DNA of 64,000 nucleotides from the human T2T-CHM13v2.0 reference genome, Homo sapiens (GCF_009914755.1 NC_060941.1), one strand, 5' to 3'. Counted from the first letter of the stretch, positions 14,897 through 29,347 are shown. The notes: a model not told the origin generated them from the sequence alone. Program-made: numbers and translations.

Positions 14897-17800
14897 TATA
14901 TGATGTGAACATTTTTACTAAAGGGAAATATTCTATGTTATACATGTCTGATGAAAATTTATATAGTATTTTAAATAATGTTTCTTGGCCTCTTCAGCTA
15001 ACTTTTAAGTGGATTTTGCAAATGAAAACCAGTATTACTGAGTTTTACATACTCGAACTGCCCAAATGTTAGCTGTTTAAACAGCCAAATAATCAAGTTG
15101 CCATTAATAATTTAGTGGAGCCAATTGATGGCTTGTTTGTATTTTATAATTTTATCTTTATACATAGTGATAGATTTAAGTTTAGATAGACATCATTTTG
15201 GTATACTGGTACTGTGGTCATTGTCAATGTTTGGATGTATTACGACTGTTATAGTGCAATCAAACTTAGATAATTTTAATTTTAAGCACTGATTTATTTA
15301 GATCTTTCCTTGTGGAAAAATAAGGTTTGCCTAAGGCTTTTTGCTTTTTTATTTATTGTTTCATTTCTTTATTAGATTAACTTTTGGGAAACAGTCTTAA
15401 AATTGGAGAAAATTTCCACATTTTAGGAAAAACAGCTTTCCCCCTGTGGGCCATTTGAGAGTAAATTGCTGACATTATGCCATCACATCTGGTATGTGGG
15501 TATTCCCACAAGTCAGGACATTTTATATAACTACTTCATAATCAGAAAGTTAACATCAATACACTTGATCATTTCATTCTCAGTTTCTTTTCAAGTTTTC
15601 TTAATTGTCTATAATGTTCTTTGTAGCAGAAGGATCCCATTCAGGTCCATGAATTTCATTTAGTTGTCATGACTCTTTCAGTCTGGAACAGTTCCTCAGT
15701 TTTTCTTTGACCTTTATGACCTTAAATCTTTTGAAGAGTAAAGTCCAATAATACAGAATGTCCCTCCATTGGATTTCTCTGAAGTTTTTTTATGATAAGA
15801 TTTAGATGATAATTTTTTTTTTTGGCAAGAGTATCACAGAAGTTATCCCATGATCTTCTCACTGCATTCTATCAGGTGACCTGCAATTATTATTATTTTT
15901 TATTTTCATCTTTTAAGTTCAGGGGTACATGTGCAGGATGTGCAGGATGTCCAGGTTTGTTACATAGGTAAATAGGTGCCATGGTGGTTTGCTGCACAGA
16001 TCATCCCATCACCTAGGTATTAATAATAGCCCAGCATCCATTAGCTGTTCTTCACGATGCTCTCCCTTCTCTCACCCGCCACCATCCCACATGCCCCTGT
16101 GTGTGTTGTTCCCCGCCATGTGTCCATGTGTTCTCATTATTCAGCTCCCACTTGTAAGTGAGAGCATGCAGTATTTCATTTTCTATTTCTGCGTTGGTTT
16201 GCTGAGGATAATGTTCTGCAGCTCCACCCATGTCCCTGCAAAGGACATGTCTCATTCCTTTTCATGGCTGCATAGTATTCCATGGTGTATATGTACCACA
16301 TTTTCTTTATCCAGTTTATCATTGATGGGCTTTTAGGTTGATTCTTTGTCTTTGCTATTGTGAATAGTGCTGCAATGAACATACGTGTGCGTGTATCTTT
16401 ATACTAGAATTAGTTATATTCCTTTGGGTATATACCAAGTAATGGGATTGCTGGGTTAAATGGTATTTCAGGTTCTAGATCTTTGAGGAATCACCACACT
16501 GTCTTCCACACTGGTTGAACTAATTTACACTCCTATCAACAGTGTAAAAGCATTCCTGTTTCTCCATAATCTTGCCAGCATCTTTTCATTTTTTTGAATT
16601 ATAGCCATTCTGACTGTTGTGAGATGGTGTCTCATTGTGGTTTTGATTTGCATTTCTCAGATGATCAGTGATGTTGAGGTTTTTTTGTTTGTTGGCTGCA
16701 TGTATGCCTTCTTTTGAAAAGTGTCTGTTTGTGTCCTTTGACCACTTTCTAATGGGGTTGGGTTTTTTTTTCTTGTAAATTTGTTTAAGTTCCTTGTAGA
16801 TGCTGGATATTAGACCTTTGTCAGATGGATAGAGTGCAAAAATTTTCTCCCATTCTGTAGGTTGTCGGTTTACTCTGTTGATAGTTTCTTAATGCTGTGC
16901 AGAAGCTCTTTAGTTTAATTAGATCCCATTTGTCAATTTTGGCTTTTGTTGCAATTGCTTTTGGCATCTTCGTCATGAAATCTTTGCCCTTGCCTGTGTC
17001 CTGAATGGCATTGCCTAGGTTTTCTTTCAGGATTTTTATAGTTTTGGGTTGTAGATTTAAGTCTTTAATCCATCTTGAGTTAACTTTTGTATATGGGTTA
17101 AGGAAGGGGTCCAGTGTCAATTTGCTGCATATGGCTAGCCAGTTCTCCCAGCACCATTTATTAAATAGGGAATCTTTTCCCCATTGCTTCCTTTTGTCAG
17201 GTTTGTCAAAGATCACATGGTTGTAGGTGTGTGGTCTTATTTCTGGGTTCTCTATTCTGTTCCATTGGTCTATGTGTCGGTTCTTGTACCAGCACCATGC
17301 TGTTTTGGTTACTGTAGTCTTGTAGTATATTTTGAAGCTGGGTAGCATGATGCCTCTAGCTTTGCTCTTCTTGCTTAGGATTGTCTTGGCTATTTGGGCT
17401 CTGTTTTGGTTCCATATGAATTTTAAAATAGCTTTTTCTAGGTCTGTAAAGAATGTCAATAGTAGTTTAATGGGCCTAGCATTTAATTTACAGATTGCCT
17501 TGGGCAGTGTGGTCATTTTCATGATATTGATCCTTCCTGTCTGTGAGCATATGTTTTTCCATTTGTTTGTGTCATCTCTGATTTCTTTGAATAATGGTTT
17601 ATAGTTATCCTTGAAAAGGTCCTTCACTTTTCTTGTTAGCTGTATTCCTAGGTATTATACTCTTCTTGTGGCAATTGTGAATGGGAGTTAATTCATGATT
17701 TTTCTCTCGGCTTGCCTGTTGTTGGTGTATAGGAATGCTAGTGACTTTTGCACATTGATTTTGTATCCTGAGACTTTGTTGAAGTTGCTTATCAGCTAAG

Positions 17801-18012
17801 AAGTTTTTGAGCTGAGATGATGGAGTTTTCTAGATATAGGATCATATCATCTGCAAAGAAAGTTTGACTTCCTGTCTTCCTATTTGAATAGCTTTTCTTT
17901 CTTTCTCTTGCCTGATTGCCTTGGTGAGAATTTCTAATACTGTGTTGAATAGGAGTGGTGAGAGAGGGCATCTTTGTCTTGTGTCAGTTTTCAAGGGAAT
18001 GCTTCCAGGTTT

Positions 18013-21000
18013 TCAGGTACTCAGGCAACAAATAGCGTTACGAATAGAATAGTACCTCACATCTCAATGCTAATGTTGAACGTAAATGGCCTAAATGCTC
18101 CACTTAAAAGATATAGAATGGCAGAATGGGTAAGAATTCACCAACCAAGTTGCTGCTGTCTTCAGGAGACTCACCTAACACATACGGACTCACATAAACT
18201 TAAGGCAAAGGGTTGGAAAAAGACACTTCGTCTAAATGGACACATCAAAAGCGAGCAGGAGTAGCTGTTCTTATATCAGACAAAACGGACTTTAAGACAA
18301 CAGCAGTTTTAAAAAGACAAAGAGGGACATTATATAATGATAAAAGGACTAGTTCAACAGGAAAATATCACAGTCCTAAATATATATGCACCTAATACTG
18401 GAGATCCCAAATTTATAAAACAATTACTACTAGACATAAGAAATGAGGTAGTTGGCAACACAATAATAGTGGGGGATGTTAATACTCCGCTGGCAGCACG
18501 AGGCAGATCACCAAGACAGAAAGTCAGCAAAGAAACAATGGACTTAAACTATACCCTAGAACAAATGGACTTAACAGATACTTACAGAACATTCTACCCA
18601 ACAAGCATAGAATATACATTGTATACATCAGAACACGGGACATTCTCCAAAATAGACCATATGATAGGGCACAAAACAAGTCTCAGTAAATTTAAGAAAA
18701 TCAGAATTATATCAAGTACTCTCTCAGACCACAGTGGAATAAAATTGGAAATTAATTCCAAAAGGAACACTCAAAAGCATGCAAATACATGGTAATTAAA
18801 TAACCTACTCCTGAATGATTGTTGGGTCAACAATGATATCAAGAGGGAAATTTAAAAATTCTTTGAACTGAACGATAATAGTGACACAACCTATCAAAAA
18901 CTCTGGGATACAGCAAAAGTGGAGCTAAGAAGAAAATTCATAGCATTAAATGCCTATATCAAAAAGTCTGAAAGAGCACAAATAAACAATCTAAGGTCAC
19001 ACCTCACAGAATTGGAGAAACTAGAACAGTCCAAATCCAAACCCAGCAGAAGAAAAGAAATAACAAAATCAGAACAAAACTAAATGAAATTGAAACAAAA
19101 AAATACAACAGATAAATGAAACAAAAAGCTGGTTCTTTGAAAAGATAAATAAAATTGATAAGCATTAGCAAGATTAATCAAGAAAAGAAGAGAGAAGCTC
19201 CAAATAAGCTGTATTAGAAATGAAATGGGAGATATTACCACTGATACCACAGAAATACAAAAGATTATTCAAGACTACTATGAACATCTTCACATCCATA
19301 AACTAGAAAACCTACAGGAGATCGATAAATTCCTGGAAATATACAACCCTCCTGGATTAAATCAGGAAGATATAGAAACTCTGAACAGACCAATCAGAAG
19401 CAGCAAGACTGAAAATGGTAATTTAAAAATTGCCAACAACAAAAAAGTCCAGGACCAGATGGATTCACACCTGAATTCTATCAGACATTCAAAGAATTGG
19501 TACCCTTCCTATTAACACTATTTCACAGGATAGAGAAAGAGAAATCTTCCCTAAATCATTTGATGAAACCAAAATCACCATGATATGTTTTGGCTCTGTG
19601 TCCCCACCCAAATCTCATCTTTTAGCTCCCATAATTCCCACATGTTGTGAGAAGGACCCAGTAGGAGATGATTGAATCATGAGGGCAGGTCTTTTCCATG
19701 CTGTTCTCATGACAGTGAGTGAGTGTCACAAGATCTGATGGTTTTAAAAACAGGACTTTCTCTACACAAGCTCTTTCTTTTTGCCTGCTGCCATCCACGT
19801 AGGATGTGACTTGCTCTTCCTTGACTCCACCATGACTTTGAGGCCTCCCCAAATATGTGGAACTGTAAGTCAAATAAACCTCTTTCTTTTGTAAATTGCC
19901 CCGTCTCAGGTATGTCTTTATCAGCAGTGTGAAAATGGACTAATACACACCCTAATACTGAAACAGACTAATAGACACCCTAATACCAAAAGCAAGGAAG
20001 GACATAATGAGAAAAGAAAGCTACAGACCAACATCCCTGATGAGCAGAGATGCAGTAATCCTCAAAAAAATACTAGCTAGCTGAATCTAACAACATATCA
20101 AAAAGATAATCCATCATGATCAAGTGGGTTTCATACCAGGGATGCAGGGATGGTTTAACATCTACAAGTCAATAAATGCGATACACTACATAAACAGAAT
20201 TAAAAAACAAAAGTCACATGATCATCTCAATAGATGCAGAAAAACCACTTGAGAAAATCCAGCATCCTTATTTTATTAAGACCCTCAGCAAAATCAGCAT
20301 AGAAGGGACATACATTAAGGTAATAAAAGCCATCTATGACAAACCCACAGCCAGCATTATACTGAACAGGGAAAAGTTGAAAGCATTCCTCCTGAAAACT
20401 GGAAGAAGACAAGATTGCCCACTTTCTCCACTTCTATTCAACATGGTACTGGAAGTTCTAGCCAGAGCAATCAGACGAGAGAAAGAAATCAAGGGCATCC
20501 AAAGTGGTAAAGAAGAAGTCTGCCTATTGCTGTTTCCCAATGATATGATTGTATACCTAGAAAACCCTAAAGACTCATCCAAAAAGCTTCTAGAACTGGT
20601 AAATGCATTCAGCAAAGTTTCAGGATACAGAGTTACACACAAGTGTGCACAAATCCGTAGCTGTGCTATACACCTTCAGCGACCAAGCCAAGAATCAAAC
20701 CAATAACTCAACCCTTTTTACAATAGCTACAAATAATAATAATAACAATAAAATACTTAGGAATATTCCTAACCAAGGAGGTGAAAGATCTCTGCATGGA
20801 AAACTACAAAACACTACTGAAAGAAATCACAGATGACACAAACAAATGGCAGCACATCCCATGCTCATGGATGGGTACAATCAATATTGTGAAAATGACC
20901 ATACTGCCAAAAGCAATCTACAAATTTAATCCAATTCCCATCAAAATACCACCATCATTCTTTACAAAATGATGAAAAATAATCCCAAAATTCATATGGA

Positions 21001-22497
21001 ACCAAAAAAGAGCCTACATAGCCAAAAGAAGACTAACCAAAAAGAATAAATCTGGTGACATCACATTACCTAACTTCAAACTATTCTGTAACACCATAGT
21101 CACTAAAACAGCATGATACTGGTATAAAAATAGGCACATAGACCAATGGAACAGCATAGAGAACCCAGAATTAAAGCCAAATACTTACAGCCAGCTGATC
21201 TTCAACAAAGTGAGGAAAGGACACCCTATTCAACACATAGTGCTGGGATAATTGGCTAGCCACATTTAGGAGAATGAAACTGGATCCTTATCTCTCACCT
21301 TATACAAAAATCAACTCAAGATGGATCAAGAACTTAAGACCTGAAGCCTTAAAAATTCTAGAAGATAACATTGGAAAAACCCTTCTAGACATTGGCTTAG
21401 GCAAAGACTTCATGACCAAGAAGCTCAAAACAAATGCAACAAAAACAAAAGATAAATAGATGGGACTTAACTAAACTAAAAAGCTTTTGCACAGCAAAAG
21501 AAATAATTAGCAGAGTTAACAGACAACACACAGAGTGGGAGAAAATCTTCACAACCTACACATCCAACAAAGGACTAATATTCAGAATCTACAAAGAACT
21601 CAAATCAGTAAGAAAAAAACCAATCCCATAAAAAAGTGGGCTAAGGACACGAATAGACAATTCTCAAAAGAAAATATACAAATGGCCAACAAGCATATGG
21701 AAAAATGCTCAACATCCCTAATGATCAGGGAAATGCAAATCAAAACCACAACGCGATATCACCTCATTCCTATAAGAATGGCAATATTAAAAAAATTAAA
21801 AAATAATAGATGTCAGCATGGATGTGGTGGAAAGGGAACACTTTTATAGTGTTGATACTAATGTAAACTAGTACAACCACTATGGAAAACGGTGTGGAGA
21901 TTGCTTAAAGAACTAAAAGTAGATCTACCATTTGATCCAACAACCCCATTCCTCAGTATCTACCCAGAGGAAAAGAAGTCATTATACAAAAAAGATACTT
22001 GTACACATGTTTATAGCAGCAAAATTCATAATTGTGAAAATATGGAACCAGCCCAAATGCCCATCAATCAATGAGTGGATAAAGAAAACGTGATATGTAC
22101 ACACACACCCCATGGAATACTACTCAGCCATAAAAAGGAGCAAACTGGATGGAATTGGAGACCATTCTTCTAATTGCAGCAACCTGGATGGAATTGGAGA
22201 CCATTCTTCTAAGTGAAGTAGCTCAAGAATGGAAAACCAAACATCATATGTTCTCATATGTGGGAACTAAGCTATGAGAATGTAAAGGCAGAAGAATGAT
22301 ACAGGGGACTTTGGGGACTCAGCGGAAATGGTGGGAAGGGAGTGAGAAATAAAAGACTACACATTGAGTACAGTGTACACTGCTCGGGTGAGGGATGCAC
22401 CAAAATCTCAAAAATCACCACTAAAGAACTTATTTATATAACCAAACACCACCTGTTCCTTAAAAACCTATTGAAATAAAAAGTAAATTTAAAAAAA
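18013..22497 (+). mobile_element. 5'-truncated L1PB (L1PB1-like), disrupted ORF2 plus 3'UTR
   Basis: EN motifs (LNVNGLNAP, CLQETH, SDHSGIKLEI) and RT motifs ([17 protein letters not shown]); L1PB-type 3'UTR with AATAAA and A-tail at ~22475-22497. Confidence 0.9.
19581..19947 (+). mobile_element. THE1 (THE1C-like) MaLR solo LTR inside the L1PB
   Basis: tgatatg...ggctctgtgtccccacccaaatctcatc start, ggactaataca end, 5-bp TSD cacca/caccc. Confidence 0.9.
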
Positions 22498-25400
22498 CCT
22501 CCTGGATTCATTGATTTTTTTGAAGGTTTTTTTGTGTCTCTATTTCAGTTCAGCCCTGATCTTGGTTATTTCTTGTCTTCTGCTAGCTTGGGAGTTTGTT
22601 TCCTCTTGGTTCTCTAGTCATTTTAGTTGTAATATTAGGTTGTTAACTTGAGATCTTTCTCTCTTTTTGATGTGGGCATTTAATGCTATAAATTTTCCTC
22701 TTAACACTGCTTTAGCTGAGTCCTGGAGATTCTGTTATGTTGTCTCTTTGTTCTAATTAGTTTTAAAACACTTCTTGATCTCTGCCATAATTTTATTATT
22801 TACCCCAAAGTCATTCAGGAGCAGATTGTTCAATTTCCATATAGTTGTGTGGTTTTAAGTGAATTTCTTAATCTTGAGTTCTAATTTGATTTTGCTGTGG
22901 TCTGAGAGACTCTTTGTTATGATTTCAGTTATTTTTCATTTGCTGAGGAGTGTTTTTCTCCCTAATTTATGATTAGTTTTAGGGTAAGTGTCATGTGGCT
23001 ATGAGAAGAATGTATATTCGCTTGTTTTTTGTTGGAGAGTTCTGTAGATAACTATCATGTCTACTTGATCCACAGCTGAGTTCAGGTCCTGAATATCTTT
23101 GTTAATTTTCTGTCTCCATGATGTGTCTAATATTGTCATTGTGGTGTTAAAGTCTCCCACTATTATTGTGTGGGAGTCTAAGTCTCTTTGAAGGTCTCCA
23201 ATAACTTGCTTTATGGACCTGGGTGCTCTTGTATAGGGTGCATATATATTTAGGATAGTTAACTCTTCTGGTTGAATTGAACCCTTTACCAACAGGTAGT
23301 GCTCTTCTTTCTCTTTTTTGATCTTTGTTAATTTAAAGTCTGTTTTGTTAGAAACTAGGATTGCAAGCTCTGTTTTTTTCTGCTTTCTGTTTGCTTGGTA
23401 AATTTTCCTCCATCCCTTTATTTTTAGCCTATGTGTTTCTTTGTGTGTGAGATGGGTCTCTTGAATACAGCATACTGATGGGTCTTGGTTCTTTATCTAG
23501 CTTGCCATTCTGTGTCTTTCATTGGAGAACACATTGAGATTTAAGGTTAGTAGTATTATATGTGGATTTGATCTCATCATCATGATGCTAGCTGGTTATT
23601 TTGCTAACTTGTTTATGTGGTTGCTTCACAGTGTCACTGTTGTTTGTACTTTAGTGTGTTTTTCTGGTGCCTGGTAATGGTTTTTCCTTTTCATATTTAC
23701 TGCTTCCTTCAGGAGCTCTTGCAAGACAGGTCTGGTAGTAACAAGTTCCCTCAGCATTTGCTTGTCTGAAAAACATCTTATTTATCCTTTGCTTATGAAG
23801 CTTGGTTTGGCCAGATGTGAAATTCTGGGTTGGAAATTCTTTTCTTTAAGAATGTTGAATATTGGTTCCCAGTATCTTCTGACTTGTAGGGTTTCCACTG
23901 AGAGGTCGGCTGTTCATCTGATGGGGTTCCCTTTGTAGGTGACCTGGCCTTTCTGTCTGACTGCCCTTAACATTTTTTCTTTCATTTAGAGTTTGGAGAA
24001 TCTGATGATTATGTGTCTCGGGGATGATCTCCTCGTGGAGTATCTCACTGGAGTTCTCTGGATTTCTTGAATTTGAGTGTTGGCCTGTCTTGCTAGAACT
24101 AACTTGGGGAAGTTAGTTCTCTTGGATCCTATGCTGAAGTATGTTTTCCAACTTGGTTCCATTCTCCTTGTCTTTTTCAGGTACCCCAATCCATCATAGA
24201 TTCGTTCTCTTTATGTAATCCCATATTTTTTGATGGTATCGTTTGTTCCTTTTCATTGTTTTATCTCTATTCTTGTCTGCCTGTCTTATTTCAGAAAGAT
24301 CGTCTTCAAGCTCTGAGATTCTTTTCTTGGCCTATTCTGCTGTTAATAATTGTGATTTCATTGTGAAGTTCTTGTAGTGTGTTTTTCAGCTCTAACAGGT
24401 GAGTTATGTTTTTCTCTAGACCGGCTATTTTGGCTGTCCGCTCCTGTACTGTTTTGTCATGATTCTTAGTTTCTTTGCATTGGGTTACAAGATGCTCCTT
24501 TAGGTCATTGAAGTTCACTGTTATTCACATTCTGAAGCCTACTCTGTCATTTCAGCCATCTCAGGCTCAACCCAGTTCTGAGCCCTTGCTGGAGAGGTGT
24601 TGCAGGGATACTCTGGCTTTTTGAGTCCTCAGGATTTTGGGGTTATTTCTCATCTCTGTGGGTCTATCTTAAACTTTGACCTTGAGGATGGGGTTTTTGT
24701 GGCTTTTTAAATTGTTATTGTTGTTGTTTCCTGCTTGTTTTTCTTTTAACAGTCTGGCCACTCTTCTGCAGGGCTGCTGCAGTTTGCTGGGGGTTCGCAC
24801 TATACCCTAGTTGCCTCGGTTTTTCCCATAGCTGGAGGTATCATCAGTGAAGTCTGTGAAACAGCAAAGATGGCTGCCTGCCACTTCCTCTGGAAGCTCC
24901 ATCCCAGCAGGGTACTGACCTATTGCTGGCTCGAAAGTGCCTGTAGGAGGTGGCTGGATACCCCAGTTGGGAGGTCTCCTCCAGTCAGGAGAAATGGGAT
25001 AAGGGACCTGCTTAAAGAATGATTCTGGCTACTTTTTGGTAGACCAGCTGTGCTGTGTTGGGGATCCCTTTAGTTCCCATTCAGTTTGGGCTGTCCAAAG
25101 GCCCACAGGCTGAACTGGCTGAGAAGCTTGAAAGGCCTAGGTGGCAGCCTGCCCCACCCCTCAGGCACTCCATCCCGGGAAGAAATTAGAGCTCTGTTAG
25201 CCCCATAGAACATGAGTGACCTACAATTTTGATTTGCCCTTTTACTGGTGATGTTGGCATTGATCACAAACAGTGGTGTCTGCTAGCTTTCTCCTCTGTA
25301 ATGTTACTTTTTCACCTTGTAATTAATTAATATTAATATTTTGTGGGGAGGTAATTTGAGACTATGTAGATATCTCTGTTCTTCATCAAACTCAATTTAT

Positions 25401-27032
25401 TCATTTACTTGATTTGATATTTACTTGTGGTTTATTTCATTTAATAGGTTATAATTTGACAATTTTTTTTAACAATTTTTTTCTTTTTAGAAATGTTTTA
25501 TTTTGACAATTTTAGACTTATAGAAAAATAGTAAGAAAACTACAAAACATTCTTGGATACTATTCCCCAAATGTGAACATTTTACTGTATTTGCTTTATC
25601 CTTTCTCCCCCTTTTCCTCTTCTCTTTCTAGGTAAATATAAATGTAGGTGCATAATATAGACTTTTTCTGAATGGTTTATAAGTTGCAGGTATGATGCCT
25701 CTTTATTTCTAAATAATTTTATGTGTGTCTCCTAAAAACAAGGCATTATCTTGCATAATTATAGTATAACTATCAAAATCAGGAAATTAAAAATGGTTTA
25801 CTGTTACTATCTCATCCATAAACCTTATTTTACTTTTTTCAGTTGTCTCAATAATATTTTTTATAGCCAAATAATTTAAGATGGGTGATGTTACAATCCA
25901 TGATGTTGACTTTCATAATCCATGATGTTGAGAGGTTTCAGCATTTTTACGTTGATTCTTCCTCATCTCTGTGGGCCTATGTACCTTTGATGTTTGAGGT
26001 TGCTGACCTTTGGAGGAGTCGATCTGTGTCAAATTATTCTGTCTTTTTAGTCTCTTTTAGTCCAGGATGATTCCTGAGTCTTTCCTTGATTTTCATGGCA
26101 TTTATGTGTTTGAAGAGTATGGGTCAGTTTTTTGTGGATTTTCTCTCAGTTTGGGTTCATAGGATATTTCTTCATGATTCAGTTCAGGTTATACCATTCA
26201 GGCAGGAAGGTCACACAAGTGAGGCTAAGTTCTTCCCAATGCAGCATATCTGGAGGCATATGCTGTTACTTGGCTCCATTACTGGCCAGTGTTGACTTTG
26301 TTTGAGAATCTACCAGGTCTGTCCATGATAAAGTGACTGTCTACCCTTTGTTTTTCACCAATGTCTTATGTGAGCATAGTTTGAGGCTCTGTAAATATCT
26401 GGTTACTCTAAACATCTCACCCACTAGATTTAGCATTTCATTGATTATTTTTGTTGGGTCAATTATTATTATGGTGGTTGCCAAGTCATGATTGTCTTCA
26501 TCTTTCATTCCTTCTACGTGGATAAGTAAAACAAAACAAAACCAACCAACAAATAGGGGAGAAGGGAAAATTTATTGTTTTGCTGTTCAGGTTCCCTCCG
26601 CTTTGACCAGTGGTAGCCATTTCAAGCTGAGTTCATGTCTTTTTGAACTGTCCTTATTGTTCTTTGAATACTTCCTTACTTTCTGGCATAAGCTGTTTCA
26701 ACCATACTTTGTATTTTCTCTGCCCCAGCCCTTGAATCAGCCATTTTCATTTTTTTCCAGAAGCCCTGACTTTCTTTAGGGGACAGTAATTAGAAACCAA
26801 TATCTGGGCAGTAATTGTGGTAGATACGTATGGCTATTGGAGTTGTCATTGCTCATAGGCTTCCTCAGTGAACAGAGCAGAAAAATACAGCTAGATGGAT
26901 AAATATACAAACATACATGCTTATATTCATCGATATTTCTATATTAGAATATACTGAAAACCATGAGTTCTTCCTGGTGATTCTAATTCCAGTTGAATCA
27001 CACATGGCTCATTTTAGTTTTTTTTTCCCTTT

Positions 27033-27245
27033 CAGTACTCTTGACCTTTGAACAATGTGGAAGTTAGAGGGGCTGAACCCCACACAGCCGAAAATTTGCC
27101 TAAATTTTGACTTCCCTGTAATGTAACTGCTGACTGACCTGATTAACTATTGTTGACCAGAAACCTTACCCATAACAAAGTTGATTAATATATATGCTGT
27201 ATATTCTATGTATTATACACTATATTCTTATAAAAGTAAGCTAGA
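27033..27245. mobile_element. Tigger2/MER28-like DNA transposon fragment
   Basis: ttgacctttgaacaa...tattcttataaaagtaagctaga resembles Tigger2a (recalled). Confidence 0.55.
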
Positions 27246-28137
27246 ATTGCCTTAGCTATTCCAGCTGTTTTGGGGTTCGATATAAATTTTAAAATAGTTT
27301 ATCCTAATTCTGTGAAGAATGTCATTGGTGGTTTGGTAGCTGACTTCAAACTATACTACAAACCTGCAGTAACAGAAATAGCATGGTACTGTTACAACAG
27401 CAGACACATATACCAATGGAACAGAATAGAGAGCTAAGAAATAATGCAGCACACCTACAACCATCCAACCTTCAACAACTCCACTTAAAAAAAGCAATGG
27501 GGAAAGCAATGGGACTGCTGGATCAAATGGCAATTCTAAGTTCTTTGAGAAATCGCCAAACTGCTTTCCGCAATGACTAAACAAGTTTAAATTCCCACCA
27601 GAAGTGCATAAACGTCCCCTTTTCTCTACAACCTTGCCAGCTTCTGTTAGTTTTTGACCTTTTAATAATAGTCATTCTGACTGGTGTGAGATGGTGTCTC
27701 ACTGTGGTTTTGATTTGCATTTCTCTAATGATTAGTGAGTTTGAGCTTTTTTTTCATAGCCTTGTTGGCCACATGTTATGTCTTCTTTTGAAAAGTATCT
27801 GTTCATGTCCTTTGCCCACTTTTGATGGGGTTGTTTGTTTTTTTTTCTTGTAAATTTAAGTTCCTTGCAGATGCTGGATATTAGACCTTTGTCAGATGGC
27901 TAGGTTGCAAATATTTTCTCCCTTTCTGTGAGCTGTTTACTCTGTTGATAGTTTCTTTTGCCGTAAAGAAGCTCTTTAGTTTAATTAGGTCCCATTTGCC
28001 AATTTTTGTTTTTCTTGCAATTACTTTTGGCATCTTTGTCATGAAGATCATTTCCAGGTCCTATGTCTGCAATGGTATTTCCTAGGTTATCGTCCAAGGT
28101 TTTAATATGTTTTCATTTTAGATTTAAGTTTTTAATC
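27246..28137. mobile_element. Rearranged L1 fragments (-,+,-)
   Basis: Antisense ORF2 27246-27340, sense ORF2 27341-27505, antisense 3' ORF2 27506-28137. Confidence 0.75.
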
Positions 28138-29190
28138 CTGCCTTTGCCTCCCAAAGTGCTGGGATTACAAGCGTGAGCTACCACACCCAGCAAGGAAGCC
28201 AAGTTTAACGTGTGTGCTCCACTCCTCCAACCTGGCCAAAGGGCAGTCATCATCACTGGCCACTACTGACCACAGCCTTTAGAAACTCCCCTTGAACGTG
28301 CTGGGCTGACCTTCCTCTGATCACAGGCAAGGTAACCATACACTCAAGGCCAATGATCCCATCTGCTGTGGGCTGGGTCATGCTCCCAATGCTTACAGAA
28401 CCTGGGAGGCAGAGGAAAACTCTGCCCATCCCATGGGACGTTACCTGTAAGCTTTGAACACCAGAATCTTGAGGCCTATCTCTTTCTGGAAGGCTTTGTC
28501 TTCCTCTAAACCAGGAAGCTGGAGCAATTCCACCAGATTCTGTACAACAGATGCAACAAGAAAATTCATGAAGAGTAGATCTTAGGTTGAATTTTTCACA
28601 GAAGACCTTGTAAGAACAGAAAATGGTGAGAAAAAAAAACCCCGAGGTCAATACAATGGGGAAAAGCCTGTGAAGAGACCTGGCAGCAGCCACACCTGCT
28701 GTCACCTCCATTCCCCTCTCATCTTGGAAACAGATTTGCCCTTTACAACTCAACTCATAGCTCACCCGCCTTCAGAGACTTCTTGGCCCATCTTAGCTGG
28801 AAGGGATCTGTTCCAGCGCTGAGCTTTTATTTTGCTTAGCATCTACTCAGATGCCTTGACTGTGTGTGTCTCACAGTCCTACTGACTGACAAACTCCCTG
28901 GGGGCCGAGATGGCATGGATTCAGGTCTCAGATGCTCTATGGCACCTGGGAGCATCTTACACAGGTGAAGTGCTCAGTGATGATCTGGGGTCACTATTCT
29001 CTGCAGATCAGCATGTCTGAGAGGTAGGGGCTCACAGACTGTGGAACTGGTGTAAGACCTTTGTCTTTTCCCAGCTACTAACAGGTCCTGCTTGTCACAG
29101 CCCTTCCATGATACAAAGTTAAGTCATTTTGTGTCTGACACAGGCAAAGGAAAATGACAGGCCCTTGCCTTCCCGGTCCTCAAGGGTCAG

Positions 29191-29347
29191 CTGTAAGATG
29201 ATGTCATAAAGCCGGATCAGGTCCTGGGGCCGGGGGAAGCACTTGCTGTCATCCTCTGGCTGCTGCTGCAGCAGAGCCCTCTGCAGACCTTTGGCCATGC
29301 TCTCATTACGCTTGATTGCCATTGACAGCTTGATGTAAGTCAGGTAG
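29191..29347 (-). pseudogene. SRP68P3: Single SRP68 exon (unprocessed pseudogene fragment)
   Basis: YLTYIKLSMAIKRNESMAKGLQRALLQQQPEDDSKCFPRPQDLIRLYDIILQ matches SRP68; acceptor reads AC and donor reads CT; suffix inferred. Confidence 0.9.

Larger units (their letters stand above)
15889..25215 (-). mobile_element. Near full-length L1PA (older, about L1PA8-13) interrupted by an L1PB
   Basis: 3'UTR and ORF2 end at 15889-18012; ORF2 5' part, ORF1 and 5'UTR at 22498-25215 (ORFs 16821..17627, 22999..23292, 23986..24518); 13-bp TSD gtgacct(g/a)caatt at 15876-15888 and 25216-25228. Confidence 0.9.

Noticed and set aside
16821-24518. Long ORFs with endonuclease and reverse-transcriptase motifs as an active retroelement or new RT system
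   Set aside because: These are fragments of old L1 ORF1/ORF2 with many stops and frameshifts, and the RT catalytic motif is degraded (FPNDM)
28253-28765. 170-aa minus-strand ORF beside the SRP68 exon (also 31352-31699)
   Set aside because: No SRP68 or other recognisable homology, and a non-ATG start; probably intronic chance ORFs
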